Source: Cyanophora paradoxa CCMP329
Lineage: Eukaryota; Plantae; Glaucophyta
Assembly (NCBI GenBank): GCA_004431415.1
Contig: QPMI01000214.1
Span: 62,001-126,000 of the forward strand
Length of the DNA stretch: 64,000 nucleotides
Reading direction: 5' to 3'
The translations under genes were made by a program, and so were the position numbers. Below the pieces are notes generated by a model. It made no database searches. It was not told the origin of the DNA and saw only the letters and a list, made by a program, of their open reading frames with translations. Below, in pieces: positions 35,153-48,337 of this stretch (positions are counted from its first letter, which is position 1; each line of letters opens with the position of its first letter).

Positions 35153-36545
35153 CTAGTGGCCGTGGCCATGGGCGGGCGCGGCGGATCCGGAAGAGCGCTT
35201 GGCGGCGAAGGAGAGGTAGACTGCCCATCCAAGCCCGATCGCATCCATCTTAAATTGGCCGCGCGAATTCGAAAAATCAGGGCCGGCGGGGACGGGGTAT
35301 GAGGGGCGGGCGGGGCGGGGCGCGCACGTATAGCGCCGTGTAGTGTGAGGGAACGAACTGCGACGGGCGCGGCGTGGGCCAGGGCGGGGGCAGGAGGGCG
35401 GGGGCGGGGCGGCGGGCGCGGACCTTGAAGTTGATGAGCTGGGCGGGGATCCAGAGGCCGAGGTCCGCCGCCAGCGTGTGCTTGAACTCGCTCCGCAGCC
35501 GCGCCGCCATGAACTGGCCCCGCCCCCCTCAGCCGCCCTGCGGGGGAGGCAGGCGGGGCAGGCGGGAGGGCGGGCCGGCGGGGCGCACGGCGGGTCCTTT
35601 GCCCTCGAGGGCGGACATCAGCACAAAGAAGGCCCACACGGAGAAGGGCGCGAAGACCGACTCGTCCACGGCGAGCTTGAGCAGCAGGCTCTTGTTGCAC
35701 GCCACGGGGATGACCTTCTCGAGCCAGTGGTACCAGACTGGCGCGGAACGGTGAGGTCGCGCGCGAGCCTCGCATCGGCTGGCAAGGCACGCGCGAGGCG
35801 TTCCGTCCGTCAGATGCGCACTGTGATGGGAGGGCCCGTTCAGGACGAGGCCCACCACGGCGAAGCGCCCCACGCGGGGGACGTCCAGCGGGACCCGCAC
35901 GCTCTGCGCCTCCAGCCACTGGCACGCGACATCACCGACGCTGCAGAACACCGCCGCCGTCAGCGCCTTCGTCGTCAGCGGGTACTTCTCCAGCAGCCTG
36001 TTATACTCTGCGGCCCTCGTCGGGTCCCGGCCGGGCGCGCGCGCTACGCCCGGTGCGGCGCGCGGCGCACCTGTGAGCCAGCGGCCGAACCCGCGCTGCG
36101 CTTCGATGCTCTCCTCCTCATCGCCGGCATCCGCCGCTTCTTCGTCGCTCTCGTCGTGACCTCCGAGCCGCACGCGCGGCCGCCCACCGCGACCGCCGGC
36201 GCCGCCTCCGCCGCTCTCCTCGAAGGCCGCGAAGTTTCCGGCGTCGGGGCCAAGCGAGATAGCGGCGCTGTAAGAGACATACTGTCCAATTTTGCGTGGA
36301 TCGCCACTGTCAACCGAGTCGAGCTCACACTTCGCCGGCCCACAGAAAAACCGGGATGTCCGGTCAGAGAGCCTGCGCCGCGGGGCTCGCCTTGTTCGAG
36401 CGCTTTGCAATGACAGCTGAGCGAGGATCCGACCCCGCGGGCGGTTCCCCCCGGCTGCGAAGGCCTGAAGCGCAGCGTGCGCGCGCCCTTCGGTCGCCGC
36501 GGCCGGGCCGAAGGGGCTGCTGAACAGCGTCGCGGAACCTTGCAT
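35153..36545 (-). CDS. Mpv17/PMP22 family membrane protein with N-terminal extension
   Basis: YNRLLEKYPLTTKALT, GDVACQ, WYHWLEK, KLAVDESVFAP, WIPAQLINFK|FVP and WAVYLS. Confidence 0.9.
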
Positions 36546-37014
36546 ATGCTTTTGGAGATGGTCGGGCGAACCGGCGAGCAAACTGGCGGGCTGCTTCAGG
36601 TTTTGGCTCGTCGGTCCGCGAAAAGGCTCGAGGGCGAAAAGGCGAAGGCTCGAGGGCCTCCTCGACGCGAGCTTCCACGGGCCCGCTAGATCTACTGCGT
36701 ACACAACTATACCGGTATCAAATTAAAGCCGGGCGACGCGCAGTCTTTACGCCCTCTACCCCCGTTTCTCCGAAAGCCGTACCCAGGCGATCTTGTGCAT
36801 GACTTGCAATTGATGCATGCGCAACCGCTTATGATCATTTGCATGATTGCCGCACTGCATGATGCAGCCCAATCATCATGGCCCCAATGCGCATGCAGCG
36901 CACCCCTACAACTGTCCCCGCGCGCGTTAAAATCCGAATTCGGCCGCGGAGAGTTTGGGCGAATCAAGTCTTAAGTCGGCACGGATTCAGTTAAGAGCAA
37001 TAGCTGGACCGCCG

Positions 37015-40000
37015 CTAGCTCGGGAAGGCGAACTCGTCGTCGCTGTCGTCTGCGGTGGCCGCCGCTGCGGAGCCGACGGCGGCCTTGACGGGCGTGCCGA
37101 GGTCGGTGGGGTCGGGGGGCCAGCGGGCGCCGCTCTGGGGCAGGGGGATCGGGGGCGAGGGGGAGGCGGCCGCGTCCGGCGCCAGGTCGAAGTCGAGGTC
37201 GCTGAGGTTAAGGGCGCCGCGGACTGCCGCCGCTGTGAGGCCCGCTGCTGGTGGCGACGGCGACGGGAAGGCTGGGAGCACGGAAGAGGCCGCCGCCGCG
37301 AGCGCGGGAATGGGCGCAGGGGGCGGCGAGGCGAAGATCTCGCTGACCTCGCTGGCCCCGGCGCTCGGGGAGGGGACGGCGACCTCGAGCTGGCGGCGCG
37401 CCGGGGCGACGCCCCAGGGCGGCTGCGGGGCGGCATCCACCTCCTCCTCCTCGTCCTCCTCGGCCTCGCCGTCCTCGCTCTCGTCGGAGAAGGCGTGGCC
37501 GGCGTGCGGCACGGCCACGGCGGCCGTCGTCGCGGCGACGAGGAGCGGCTCGGGCTCGGGCTCGGGCTCGGGCGCGGGGGCGTCGGTGGCCGGGCCGCCC
37601 TGCGCGAACCCGAAGGCCTCGTCGCCGAGCGCCGCCGCGTACTCCTCCCCCGCCGGCGCCCGGAACGCCTCCCAGCCCAGCGCCAGGCCGGCCGCCTGCG
37701 CCCCCGGCGCCCCCGCCTCCGCCGGCCCGCCGCCGAGCCACGCGTCGGGGATCTCGACCTCCATGTCGGGGCCGGGGGCGGGGCCGGGGCCGGCGGGGCT
37801 GGGCGGCGGGGCGAGGTGGGGCGGTGGGCGAGGCCGTGCGGGGCGTGGGCGTCGTCCTCCGAGGCGGACATCGGGCGGGGCGAGTGCGCCTCCTCGTCCT
37901 CCGAGAAGGCCCGGCCCCGCAGCTCGGCCGGCAGCTCCCCGTGCGCCCCCTCCGCCCCGCCCCGCCCTGCCCCGCACCGTCAGCCCCCGCGTGCACGCAG
38001 CGCCCCGGCGCGGCTCCCCCGCGCCGCGCACCCGCGCCGTCGAATACCGCGAGGAGCGTGCCTCCGCGCCCGCCTCCTCTGCATGCGCCTCGGCCGCCCC
38101 CGCGGCGCTCGCTTCCTCCGGAGGCGTCGCGAGCGCCTGGGGGCGGCCGGGGCGTGCTGGTGGCGGGCGAGAGGCTCCTCAGCCTCCTCCCGCTCGGGTG
38201 ACTGCGGTGTGGGCGCCGACACCGCCATCACCGGCGCCGCCATCGCCGACACCGACGCCGCCGCCGTCGCTGCAGCCGTCGACGCTGTCGAGGCCGTAGC
38301 CGCCGCTGCGCGCTGCGCCGGCGCAGCGGCCTGCGACAGACGCGGCGCCGCATCAGGGCGGGGCGAGGCGGGGAGCAGGGGACGCACGGCGGCGGCGGCC
38401 TGGGCGAGGCGCTCGCGCTCAGCGGCAGCGGTGCGCTCGGCGAGCTCGCTGAGGGGCAGGAGCGGGATCTGCACCGCCCCTGCGCGTCAGAGCCTCGCGG
38501 CGAGGCGCGGCGCGCCTTGTGCGCACGTGCGGCTTGGGGGAGCTGCGCGACGGAGGGTCAGCGGGGCGCACGCGCGGCGGGGAGGGGCGGCGGCGGACCG
38601 GCCGGAGGAGGCGGAGGAGGAGCGGGGCAGGGAGGCGCGCTGGGAGTCGGAGCCGCCGCCGGTGGAGGGGGAGGCGGCGCTGCCGCCCGTGATGGTGGCG
38701 GTGGTGCCGCCCGTGACGACGGCCGAGGTGGTGCGCGGGAACATCTGCACCGCCGCCGGCTGCTGCTGCGCCGCCTGCCCGCCCGCCGTCGCCACCACTG
38801 CCCGCCCCGCGGTCGGGCCCCGGGCCCCGAGCGGGGACGGTGCGGGGCGGGCGAACCGCAGACGGCGATGGCGTGGTAGCGGGAGCAGACGACGTCTGCT
38901 ATGTGGTGCTTCTGCGGCACAGGCGGGGCTCGCGTGGCGCCCAGGAGGGCGGCGGGGCGGGGCGGGGCGGGGCGGGGCGTACGTCGACGGTGACCTGCTG
39001 CACCCCGCGCTGCCGCAGGCCCCATCGGAAGGCCTGGCCCCGCTCTGCCCCGCCCTCCGTCAGGGCCGGGGCGGGGCGGGGCGGAGCGGGGAGAGGGGCT
39101 GCGCAGGCCGTTGCGGAGGTAGGTGGCGTAGGCGGTGCAGGCGACGTGCGTTACGTGGCCAAGCAGGCCGCCGTCCATCTGGCGGCCGCCGGGTGAGGGC
39201 GTGCGCGCGGGCTCCGGCGGGGGCGTCGCCCACGTGCGCCGGCCCGCAGGGGGCCTCGGGGAGCTTGTAGTGGTGGCCCAGCTGGCCCTCCGCCCCGCGC
39301 CCGAACGAGTACACCTCGCCCCGCGCTGGCCCCGCCCGCCCGTCGGCCCCCGCGGGGCGGGGCGGCGGGGCGAGCGGCGAGGAGGCACCGGTGAGGAGGG
39401 CCGTGTGGCCATCGACGTCGAAGGCGCCCCCGCACGCGACCTGCACCACGTCCCGCGGGGCGTTCGGCACCGGCGCCGGAACCGACCGCTTCGCTCCGCC
39501 CATCAGGCGCTCCTGCGACCCGGCCCCGCCCGGCTCGGCTCGGCGGGGGGCGGCAGGGCCGCGGGGCGGGCGAGGCGGACGGCGGGGGAGCGGGGCAGGC
39601 CGGTGCGGCCCCAGGCGGAGACGTTGCCCTGGAGGTCGATGGCGACGGCGTGGTCGGGCCCGCAGGTAACGCTGCGCGCCGCCGCGCCGCTGTTCCGCAG
39701 GCCAGCCACCGCCGTCGGGCGCCGCAGCACGGCGACGCCGGGGCCGTGGCCGAGCTGCCCGTGGGAGCCCTCGCCCCACGTCGCCACCTCGCCGTCCGCC
39801 GAGAGGAGCGCCGCGAAGGCGTGCCCCGCCGACACCGCCGCCACGCGCTTCTCGTAGGGGACGCGCAGGAACGACTGGCTGTACGGCATGTCGTTGTCCT
39901 GCCCCAGCTGCCCGAACCCGTTGCTGCGCGCGCCCCCGTCGGCGGCGCCCCGCCCCGCCCCGCGCCCTCGGCGGCAGGTCCGCGCGCACTTGCCGCGGGC

Positions 40001-40979
40001 GAAGAGGGCGCCGTCCTCGGTGAGGGCGATGACGAAGTTGCCGCCGCACGCCACGTACTGCAGCCGCGGCGCCGGGCCCGACATCGGCGACTCCGGCAGC
40101 CGCTCCTCCTGGAACTGCCCCAGCCCGGGCGTCTCCGCCGGCTCCAGCGTCCACCGGTACAGCCGCCCCGACGCTGCTACCGGCCTCAGCGCGGTGGGCG
40201 CGGCGGCGGCGGGCGGCGGGGGGGGGCACCGGAGACCCAGAAGGCGGAGTCTGCGGTGGTGGAGATCTGGACGGCGCTCTGCGTGCTGAAGCGGCAGCGC
40301 TTCTGGCGCCCCGTATCGACGGCAAGCGCCTGCGCCGGTCGCATCGACTGCGTGATCGCGGCCTGGCTCTCGGAGCGCTTCGGGGCGCAGAAGAGGGATA
40401 TCTTCTGCCCCAGCTGGCTGATCGCAGGCAGCTCCTGCACGCTTTCCGACGGAAGCCGCACCTGTTCTCGTGTCAGCAAGATTTCTCGACTGTGCAATCA
40501 TGAAGGGGCGGCGGCTGGGCGGGCCGCAACCGCACCAACTCGATGTTCCGCCGCTCGCCCCCGCCAGACAGGCCGCCGCTCGGCACCGTCGGCTGCGCCG
40601 GGGACCCGCTCCGCAGCATGCCGGCAACCAGCGGCGGCACTGCCGCTGCAGCTGGCCGCGCAGCTGGCGGCTGCGCTGGTCGCGGCGGCGCCGCTGCTGC
40701 TTGGGGAGGACGAGCCGGCGGCGGCGGCGGCTCTGCCGGCCGGCGTCAGGTGCTTGCGAATCAAACAGGCAAACTTGGGGAAGCTAACCCGGAGCACCGC
40801 CCTCGAGGAGGAGCGCTATTGCAGATTCCACGTCGCCGCCCACGTTGTCAAGCGCCGTCTGAATCTGGCGATCCGAAAACGCATCCCCTGCGCCGCATAG
40901 CCGCATACGTGAGACGCGCATGGAGATTCAAAACGCAAACGAACGTACCGAGGACTTCCCGCACTTGGTCGCTTGCCAT
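37015..40979 (-). CDS. CUE/UBA-like + RCC1-repeat protein with disordered acidic C-terminus
   Basis: N-terminal MASDQVREVLG|DAFSDRQIQTALDNVGGDVESAIALLLEG. RCC1 repeats VACGGNFVIALTEDG, SNGFGQLG, WGEGSHGQLGHG and FGRGAEGQLG. Confidence 0.8.
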
Positions 40980-41265
40980 TTGCTAGGCGACCTTCGCGTG
41001 CCGGCCCCGGCTCGCTCAGGCTGACCCCTCGGTACGGTCTGCTCTCCACCTCCGCGCCAAGAAGTGCGAAGGGGCGTTCGCACGTCCGCTGGGCGCGCTT
41101 CACCTTTGAATTCAAGAGAGAGTTCAAGCAAGCAGGAAGCAAGTCAGGGCGGCCACTTCAGAGGGCGGAAAACTCTATACCGATCGAATGCGTGCGAACC
41201 AGAAGCGGCAGAGGCCTCAGAAGCTTGTTTGAGGGGCCTGCGATGGGTACAGCGTACTTCGCCCA

Positions 41266-41850
41266 ATGTTCGTCGGATCTGCGTCGGTGGCGAGGCCTCA
41301 AAGCAGCGGCCTCGTAGCTTTCGGTTCGCCGGCTACCCCGCTGCGATTGGCGCCACCAGCAGCACCAGCGAAGCACAGTGAGCGGCGATGGAACAGCTCG
41401 CGTGTACGTATACGGCGGGCGTTCGTCGGAGATGCGCCGCCGCCGGGCGTCGCTATCGCCTCGCTGTCCGATGCCAGCGACTTTGCTCCGGACCTGCTCA
41501 GCCGTGGTCTGAAGGTTGACCCGCGCCGCCGCGCCGCCACCGCCGTAGTGCTAGCCTGACGCATGGCGGCGGGCAGAGGAAGGAGTGCGAGGCGTGTAGC
41601 GGCACGGGAAAGCTAGTCTGCAAGGCATGCGGGGGCGCGGGGCGGCTGGCGGTGCCGTCGCTGCGCGGCTCGGAGGAGGAGACGGGCATCCCCCCGATCC
41701 AGGTCGTCTGCGGCGACTGCCTTGGCTTCGTCGGCGTCTGCGGAGAATGCTACGGCACAGGCAAGCCGCCGGGGGCTGCTCGACGCCCCTGGCGACCCCT
41801 GACCGCTCGGCACATGTACAGGCATGGTCGACGACCCCGGCGATGCCTGA
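41266..41850 (+). CDS. DnaJ-like CxxCxGxG zinc-finger protein (no J domain) with putative plastid transit peptide
   Basis: CEACSGTG, CKACGGAG, CGDCLG and CGECYGTG. Leader begins MFVGSA. The end assumes a GC-AG last intron. Confidence 0.75.
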
Positions 41851-42147
41851 CGCGCTCGCCGGCTTGGCCGGCCCAGGGGCCAGACCCCACCGGAGCCAGA
41901 TTCGGCGCTGGCTCTGCTGTACAGGCTGTATTCTACACGTGGTGGTACATGCGCGCCCCAAGCACGCCTCTGCATATGTCGCCGGCAGTGGATCCCGGGC
42001 GGCCCGCCGGGCGCACGCGCCTTCGAGGGTCGGGAAAAAAAATGCTCGGATAATTCCGGCCAGGTAGGAAGGGGGTTGCCCCCCTCCCCACGCGCCGCTG
42101 TTTCCAGCGGCTCGGCCGGACCATATCCTTCGCGGGTCGGGGGGGGT

Positions 42148-43640
42148 CTAGGGCGGGGCGGGGGTGGCAGGGGCGGCGGGGGCGGGCGAGGGCGGGGCCT
42201 GGAGGAACTTGAAGACGGCAGAGAAGTCCTCGGGGCCCATTCCCCGCGCCGCCATCAGCGTGTACACCTGCCCCGTGGCACCGGCCGGCCTCGGCGTCCG
42301 ACGGTCGGGGCGGGGCGGGCCGGGGGAGCCGGCGGGATGGGACGGGACCTGGAGGGCAGCAGACGACAGCGGCAGAGGCTGCCTGACGCTCGCGGCCGCC
42401 TCGGCCGCCAGCCCCAGGTCCTGCCCCCCGTCGGCGAAGGCGACGGCGGGGGGTCCGGGACGCGGGGGCTCACCTTGGCCATGAGGTGCGAGGCGAAGCC
42501 GCCGGCGTAGCCGCGGGACGCGGGGGCGGAGGCGAGGATGCCGGGGCAGGGGTTGTAGGTCTCGCTGGTTGTGCCCCAAATCATGGCTCCCCCAAGCGGC
42601 GAGATGATGGCGGACCTGGCCCAGGAGCGGGCGGAGGAGGCGTTGATGACGTCGGAGAGGACGCGGGGGTCCACGCCGAGGCGCGCCCCAAGCTGCAGCG
42701 CCTCCGCCAGGCCCACCATCGCCACCGCCCTGCGCCCCGCCCGCCCCGCCTCAGCATCCCCCACCCGAGGCGCTGCCCGCCCCGGAGAGCCCGCCGCACA
42801 TCGCCGCGTTGTTGCAAATCTTCGCCGCCTGCCCCGCCCCGAGCGGGCCCGTGTGGAACACCCGCTTCCCCATGCACGCCAGCAGCGGGCGCGCCTCCTC
42901 CACCTCCCGCTCCCCGCCCCCGACCATGAAAGTCCTGCGCCAACGCCAGCGAGCATTCAGCGAGGCTGTCTCCGGCGCGGACCCCGCAGGCGCGGCCGGC
43001 CGACGGCGCACAGGGTGCCGGCCTCGGCCCCCGCGACGCCCCCCGAGACGGGCGCGTCGACCATGCCGAAGCCGCGCGCGGCGGCCTCCTGCGCGATGGC
43101 CCTCGCCCCGCCCGGCTCGATCGTGCTGCAGTCCACCAGCAGCGCCCCGCGCCCAGCGCGCGCGCCCGCGAGCACGCCGCGCGCCGGGTCGCAGTACGCC
43201 TCGCGTACATGCGGCGTCGAGGGCAGCATGGACACTATGAAGCCCGCCGCCCGCTCCCCGACCTCCGCCGGCGACCCCGCGACCTCGCAGAGGCCGCCCG
43301 AAGCGTCCCGTAGCCGTTCTGCCTGCGGACAGCTGTGTCAAGGCAACAAGCGGGCGATCTCGGCTTCAATGTGAGAATGAGATGTATTTGGACTAATCAG
43401 GGGCTGTGAAAGGGCGAACCGCGCTTCGGTCAAGGTCGTACACGACGAGTGGATGCAGCTTCATCAGGTTTCGAGCCATTCGACCTCCCATCTGGCCTAC
43501 GGTTGCATCTCAGCTGAGTCCAACGAAAACCAACCTCAGCAAAGACTCACCGAGGCCAATGAACCCGACGCGCCGCGCCGGAGCCGCCTGCAATCGAGTT
43601 CGCGCGGAAAGCGCAGGGTCAGCGTAGCTCGGCGCACCAT
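42148..43640 (-). CDS. HIBADH: 3-hydroxyisobutyrate dehydrogenase
   Basis: VGFIGLG|QMG, SMLPSTPHV, DCSTI, DAPVSGGVAGAEAGTL|TFMVGG, GQAAKICNN, YNPCPG and GGFASHLMAK|DLGLA. Start approximate. Confidence 0.92.
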
Positions 43641-43900
43641 TTGGACAAAAGGAACTTTGGAAGAGCAGCAGCGGGACGAGTTTGCTTTGCGATAACGCAA
43701 AGCCGAGGCGCAGCAAGCCGAAAACCACTGATACCCCCTAGGGGAGGGTCCTGGGTCCTGGCCTGGGTCCTCGAGGGGGAGGGGTATTGCGGAAACAGCA
43801 CAAGAAACGCTCAAACAGCATCCGAACGATGCCGCCCACCTCAGGTGCGCTCCGAACAACTCAGAGGAGTCGCCCCGGGACGAGGAATCGCCCTGACGCG

Positions 43901-46451
43901 ATGCGGTTCATCAGGCCAGCGGCCCAGCACAGCGTCGAAGGATTCCCGGGAACGCAAGTCAACGACGGGCGCGTCCTCGCCAGCGGATTCAAGCCCGCCA
44001 CCTCTCGCGGATGCCCCGAAGCCGGTGAGTCCAGACTCCCGACGCGGCAAACGATCGTTTCCGCCCGATCGGGCACGTATTTCGCGTTTCGAGCGATGTT
44101 CGCAAGCGGAGCTCGCCCTGCCAGCTGGACCATCGGCGTAAGCGGACTGACGTCGACTAACCGTGCTTCGCAGGTGTCGGTACAGTTGGATCAGCTGCCG
44201 ACGGCGCGTACGCCTGACCAGGCGGCCGAGCTGTCCAAGAGCGGCCGTCCCTACGCCGTCGTCCTCGCGGGAGCCGGCCTTGTACGCCTCGCCCCCCCCG
44301 GCCTCGCTCCGACCCGCCGCTTCGGGGGCGTGACGCGGACGGCGGGCAGACGGATGCCCAGATGGACACTGTGCCTTTCGGAGGCTGCGTCGCCGCAGAC
44401 CTGAGCGGCAACTCCATCACCAAGCTCGTATGTCCCGCCCGTCCACCCCCCCGCCCCGCCCCGCCCCGCCGCTCCGGGGTCCCTCTCGCGACCGGCCGCC
44501 CGGGGGCGGCGCGCAGCCGAAGAAGCTGCTGGCGGCGTCTGCGGGCCTGATGTACCTGGACGTGAGCAGGACGTCGCTCGGGTGCCCCGAACTCCTCAAC
44601 TGCCCGCTCCTCGCCCACCTCGACCTGTCAGGTCTGCTCTTGCGATCAGGTTGGGCGGGGTATCGCGCGCGGGATGGGGCGAGTCGAAGGGATTGCGCGC
44701 AGGAAACAACCTGACCCTCCTGCACTCTTCCCTGGCCTCGTGCACGCGCCTGGTACCTCGGCTGCTGGCGCCTGTGCGGGACGCGTGGGGCGGCGCTGAG
44801 GGGGCGCAGGTCTCGGTGAAGCTGGCGGGGAACGGGCTGACGGAGCTGCCGGCGTGGGTGGGGCGCTGGCTCTCCCTCTCGACGCTGGAGGTGCAGGGGA
44901 ACAAGCTCGCCGTGCTCCCGTCCTCGCTGGGGAACTGCCGCTGCCTCGCCAAGCTCGACGCCTCCAACAACCGCCTCGTCTCCCTGCCCCCCGAGCTCGC
45001 CAAGTGCCCCGACCTCGCCGAGCTCAAGCTCGAGGGGAACCCGCTGGCGACCCTGCCCCTCGCCCTCCTCCGCCACCCCGCCGCACCCTGCCGCGAGTAT
45101 CTCTACAAGGTGCCCCGCCCCGCCCGCCCCGCTCCCCCGCGCCGCCCCTTCCCGCGCCGAGGGCTGTGGGGGGCAGAGCCTGCCGGCGGACCTTGCGGAG
45201 GCGGTGCGGGGCGGGCACCGGGAGCTGCTGGGGCGGGCGCGGGCAGCGGAGGAGCGTGTGGCGGAGAGGGAGGGGGAGGTGCGGCGGCTGGAGGGGGTGC
45301 TGGAGGAGCGGGAGGCGCACGCGGGGCGCCTCACGGGGGACATCGCGCGCCTCACCGCCGAGGCCGCCGAGGCGCGGCGCGGCGCCGAGGCCCTCCAGAA
45401 GCAGCTCGCCGCCCTCCACGCCGAGCACGCCGCCCTCATCGACCGCCACGCCGCCGTCCGCCCGCCCCCGCGCCCCCGCCCCGGCCCGCCCCGCCCCGCC
45501 TCACGCCCCCGCCCGCAGCTGGCGAACGCGGCGCAGCTGGCGGAGAGCAAGGTGGCGGCGGCGCAGCGGGAGCGGGCGGCGGCGGAGGCGGAGCGGGAGA
45601 AGATGCGGGGGAGCTGGGGCGGGCGGAGGCGGGGCGGCGGCGGCTGGAGGAGCGGCTGGCGGACCGGGAGGAGGGCCAGGCGCGGGCGGCCGGGGAGCGG
45701 GCGGCGCTGGCGCGGGAGGTGGAGGAGCTGGGGCTGGCGCTGGCGAGCGCCGGGGTGGTGAAGGGTCGGGGCCGGGGGCGCCCTCGCGGGAGGCGGTGCA
45801 CGCGCGGCTCACGCTCGCCCAAGAGCTGCGCGCCGTCGAGCGCGCCGTGCAGTCCCTCCTCGCCCTCGCCGCCCTCCCCGACCCGACGCGCCCGCCCGCT
45901 CCCTCCTCTCCCCGACCGCCGCCTCCGCCGCCCGCAAGGCCGCCCCCAGCCCCGCCCGCCCCGCCTCCGCTGGCAAGCTCCGCTCCGGCCCCGCGGCCGC
46001 CTCCCCCGCCCGCCCCGCGACGGCGGCTGGGGCGCGCCCCGTGGCGGCGCCGGCGGCGGCGGCCTCGCCGGCGTCGGCGCGCAAGCCGGCGGGGAAGGCG
46101 GCGGCGACGCCGGCCAAGGAGGCGGCGCCGGTGCAGGAGGAGGCGGCGGCAACGCCCGGGGCGTCGGAGGGGGCGGCGGAGGAGGAGGCGGCGCGGCGGC
46201 GGCTGGCGCGGCTGGAGATCAAGCTGCGGCAGCTCGAGGAGCGCATGAGGCGCCAGATGGAGCGCCTCCTCTCCCCCGCCGAGCGCCAGTCCCTCGGCAT
46301 CGCCGCCCCGGCCCCCCCCCCCCGCGAGAAGACCCCGGGCCTCTTCAGCGAGTACGCCCCGGACCCCGACGCCCGCGGCGGCGCCCCGCCGGCCCCCGCC
46401 GCCCCCGCAACGCCCACCCGGCCCCTCTACATCCCCGACCCCTTCGCCTGA
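43901..46451 (+). CDS. Leucine-rich-repeat + coiled-coil protein
   Basis: LxxLxLxxNxL repeats (LAKLDASNNRLVSLPPEL, LAELKLEGNPL) followed by E/R/A coiled coil. Ends YIPDPFA*. The start could instead be 44096. Confidence 0.8.
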
Positions 46452-46853
46452 GTCCCCCCCCCCCCCCCTCTCGTCGTGCCACAGCGGCCGAAGGCCCTGG
46501 GCAGAGTCGTTTGGACAGAAAGTTACAGTGTCCTCTAATATTCACATGCCACGCGGACCGCAGAGTCGCGCCCAATGCTCACCGCTAAGGACCGCCTCAC
46601 CGCTAAGGACCGCTAAGGAAGTACTAGGGTACACACAACGCGACTCTAAGAGTCCGAAGGGGGCGCATGCCGCGCGCACACACGAACATTCACTGGCCTG
46701 CGATTAGCTGAAGGCCGGCGTGCTCGGCGCTGCCGTCCGCGTGATTTACAGAGCGCCGAGGGCGGCCGGGCCCGACGGTAGAGGGGTGCGAAGTGTCGGA
46801 GCCAGGCGGGAGAGGCGCTGTGGGGCCGCCGGGGCGGCTAGGGGCGGGGGGCC

Positions 46854-48337
46854 TCAGGCGGCGGCCGCCGGCTCGAGGCGGGCGGCGGGGGCCTCGAGGG
46901 CCTCCGGGGCGGCCTCGGGCTCCCCCGGCGGCTCCCCCGCCGCCTCCGCGCCCTCCCCCGCCTCCGCCTCCGCCTCCGCCTCGCCCTCGCCCCCGCCCTC
47001 GCTGCCCGCCGGCGTCCCCGCCCGGGGCCGGGCCGCGTGCGGGTGCGGGATCACCCCGGCCCCCACCGACGCCTCCGAGCCATCCGCCTGCGCGATCACC
47101 CTCAGCGGCTGGGGGGCGGGGCCGGGGCGGCGGGGCGGGGGCACCGAGGCGGGGCGGGGCGGGGAGCCCGGGCGGGCCTGCACCTGCGCCGGGGCAACGG
47201 GCCCCGGGCCGCTGGAGCGGGCGTGGTGCCCGCGGAGCGCCTGCGCAGCGCGCCGCTGAGCGACGGGGGCGCGGGGGCGGGGGCGGGCGGGCCTGGGGCG
47301 TCATCTCCTGGTCCTCCTCGCGGAAGAAGCTCTCGCACGCCGACGCGATCTCGTGCAGGCACTCCGGCACCGCGCTGCCCCCACGCCCCGCGGTCCGTCA
47401 CGCGATCGGCCGCGCGGGGTGCCCCGTCGGGGGCGCGGACGCCGGGCACCGCGAGAAGTTGTCCTTCAGGTAGTCCCAGATCGCCCCCCAGGGGTCCACC
47501 TCCGCCAGCTCCGCCTCCCCATCTCCTGCCCCGGCCCGCTCCGCCTGCCCCGACCGCCCCCGCCGTCAGCGGGCCGGCCGCCTCGCCGGCGGGCGCTGCA
47601 GCTGCTGCGCCGGGTCGCACGGGGCGCTCGGGGCGCTCGTCCGGGCGCGGCGCCCCGGGGTTGACCCCGATGTAGTAGACCGCCGCCCCTGCCTCTTCCT
47701 CGCCCTCTGCCGCGGCGCTTAGGCCGGCGCCTCTGCCGTCGCGGTGGGGCCGGCGCACGGGGCAGGGGCGTGAGTCCGCGCTGCAGCGGGTGGGAGAGGC
47801 CGTCGGCTTCGTCGGCGATGGCGGCGAGGTCCACGGCGGGCGCCTGCCGCGGCACGGGGAGGCGCTCGAACAGCATCGCGAGCAGCAGGCGCAGGAGAAC
47901 GGCCAAGAAGACCGCCGGCAGGCGCAGCGGCGCCCACGACGGCGGCGCGCGCTTGCGTGCAAAGAGCTAAAATCGGCGCGCGGCGCGGGGGCGGGCGGGC
48001 GCGGGGGCTCGCCTCGTCCTCGCCGCCGATGCCGTCGGCGGTCGGCGCGACGGCCTCGCGCGCGGCGGCTGTCGCCTCGTCGTGCTCCGCCTCCGCGGGG
48101 CTGGGCGGAGTGACGTGAATCTGCGGAATGTGGGCGCTCGACGAGAGCCGCCGCGCCGGCGCGAGAGCAGGGCGCGGGCAACGCGCGGGCTCGCCTCGAT
48201 GATAGCGGGCGTCTCCTCCGCTGCGAGCGCTCTCGTCAAGCCCGGAATGTGAGCCGCCAGCCTGGCAGCGCACGGATTGCGGAGGCCCCGACGACGACAA
48301 ACTCGGCGGCGGTGTCGGAGCTTGGTGTAGTGCTCAT
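46854..48337 (-). CDS. Hypothetical protein with one hydrophobic segment
   Basis: Consistent spliced frame MSTTPSSDTAAEFVVV...VFLAVLLRLLLAMLF...WGAIWDYLKDNFS...CLHEIASACESFFREED. No family recognised. Confidence 0.5.
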
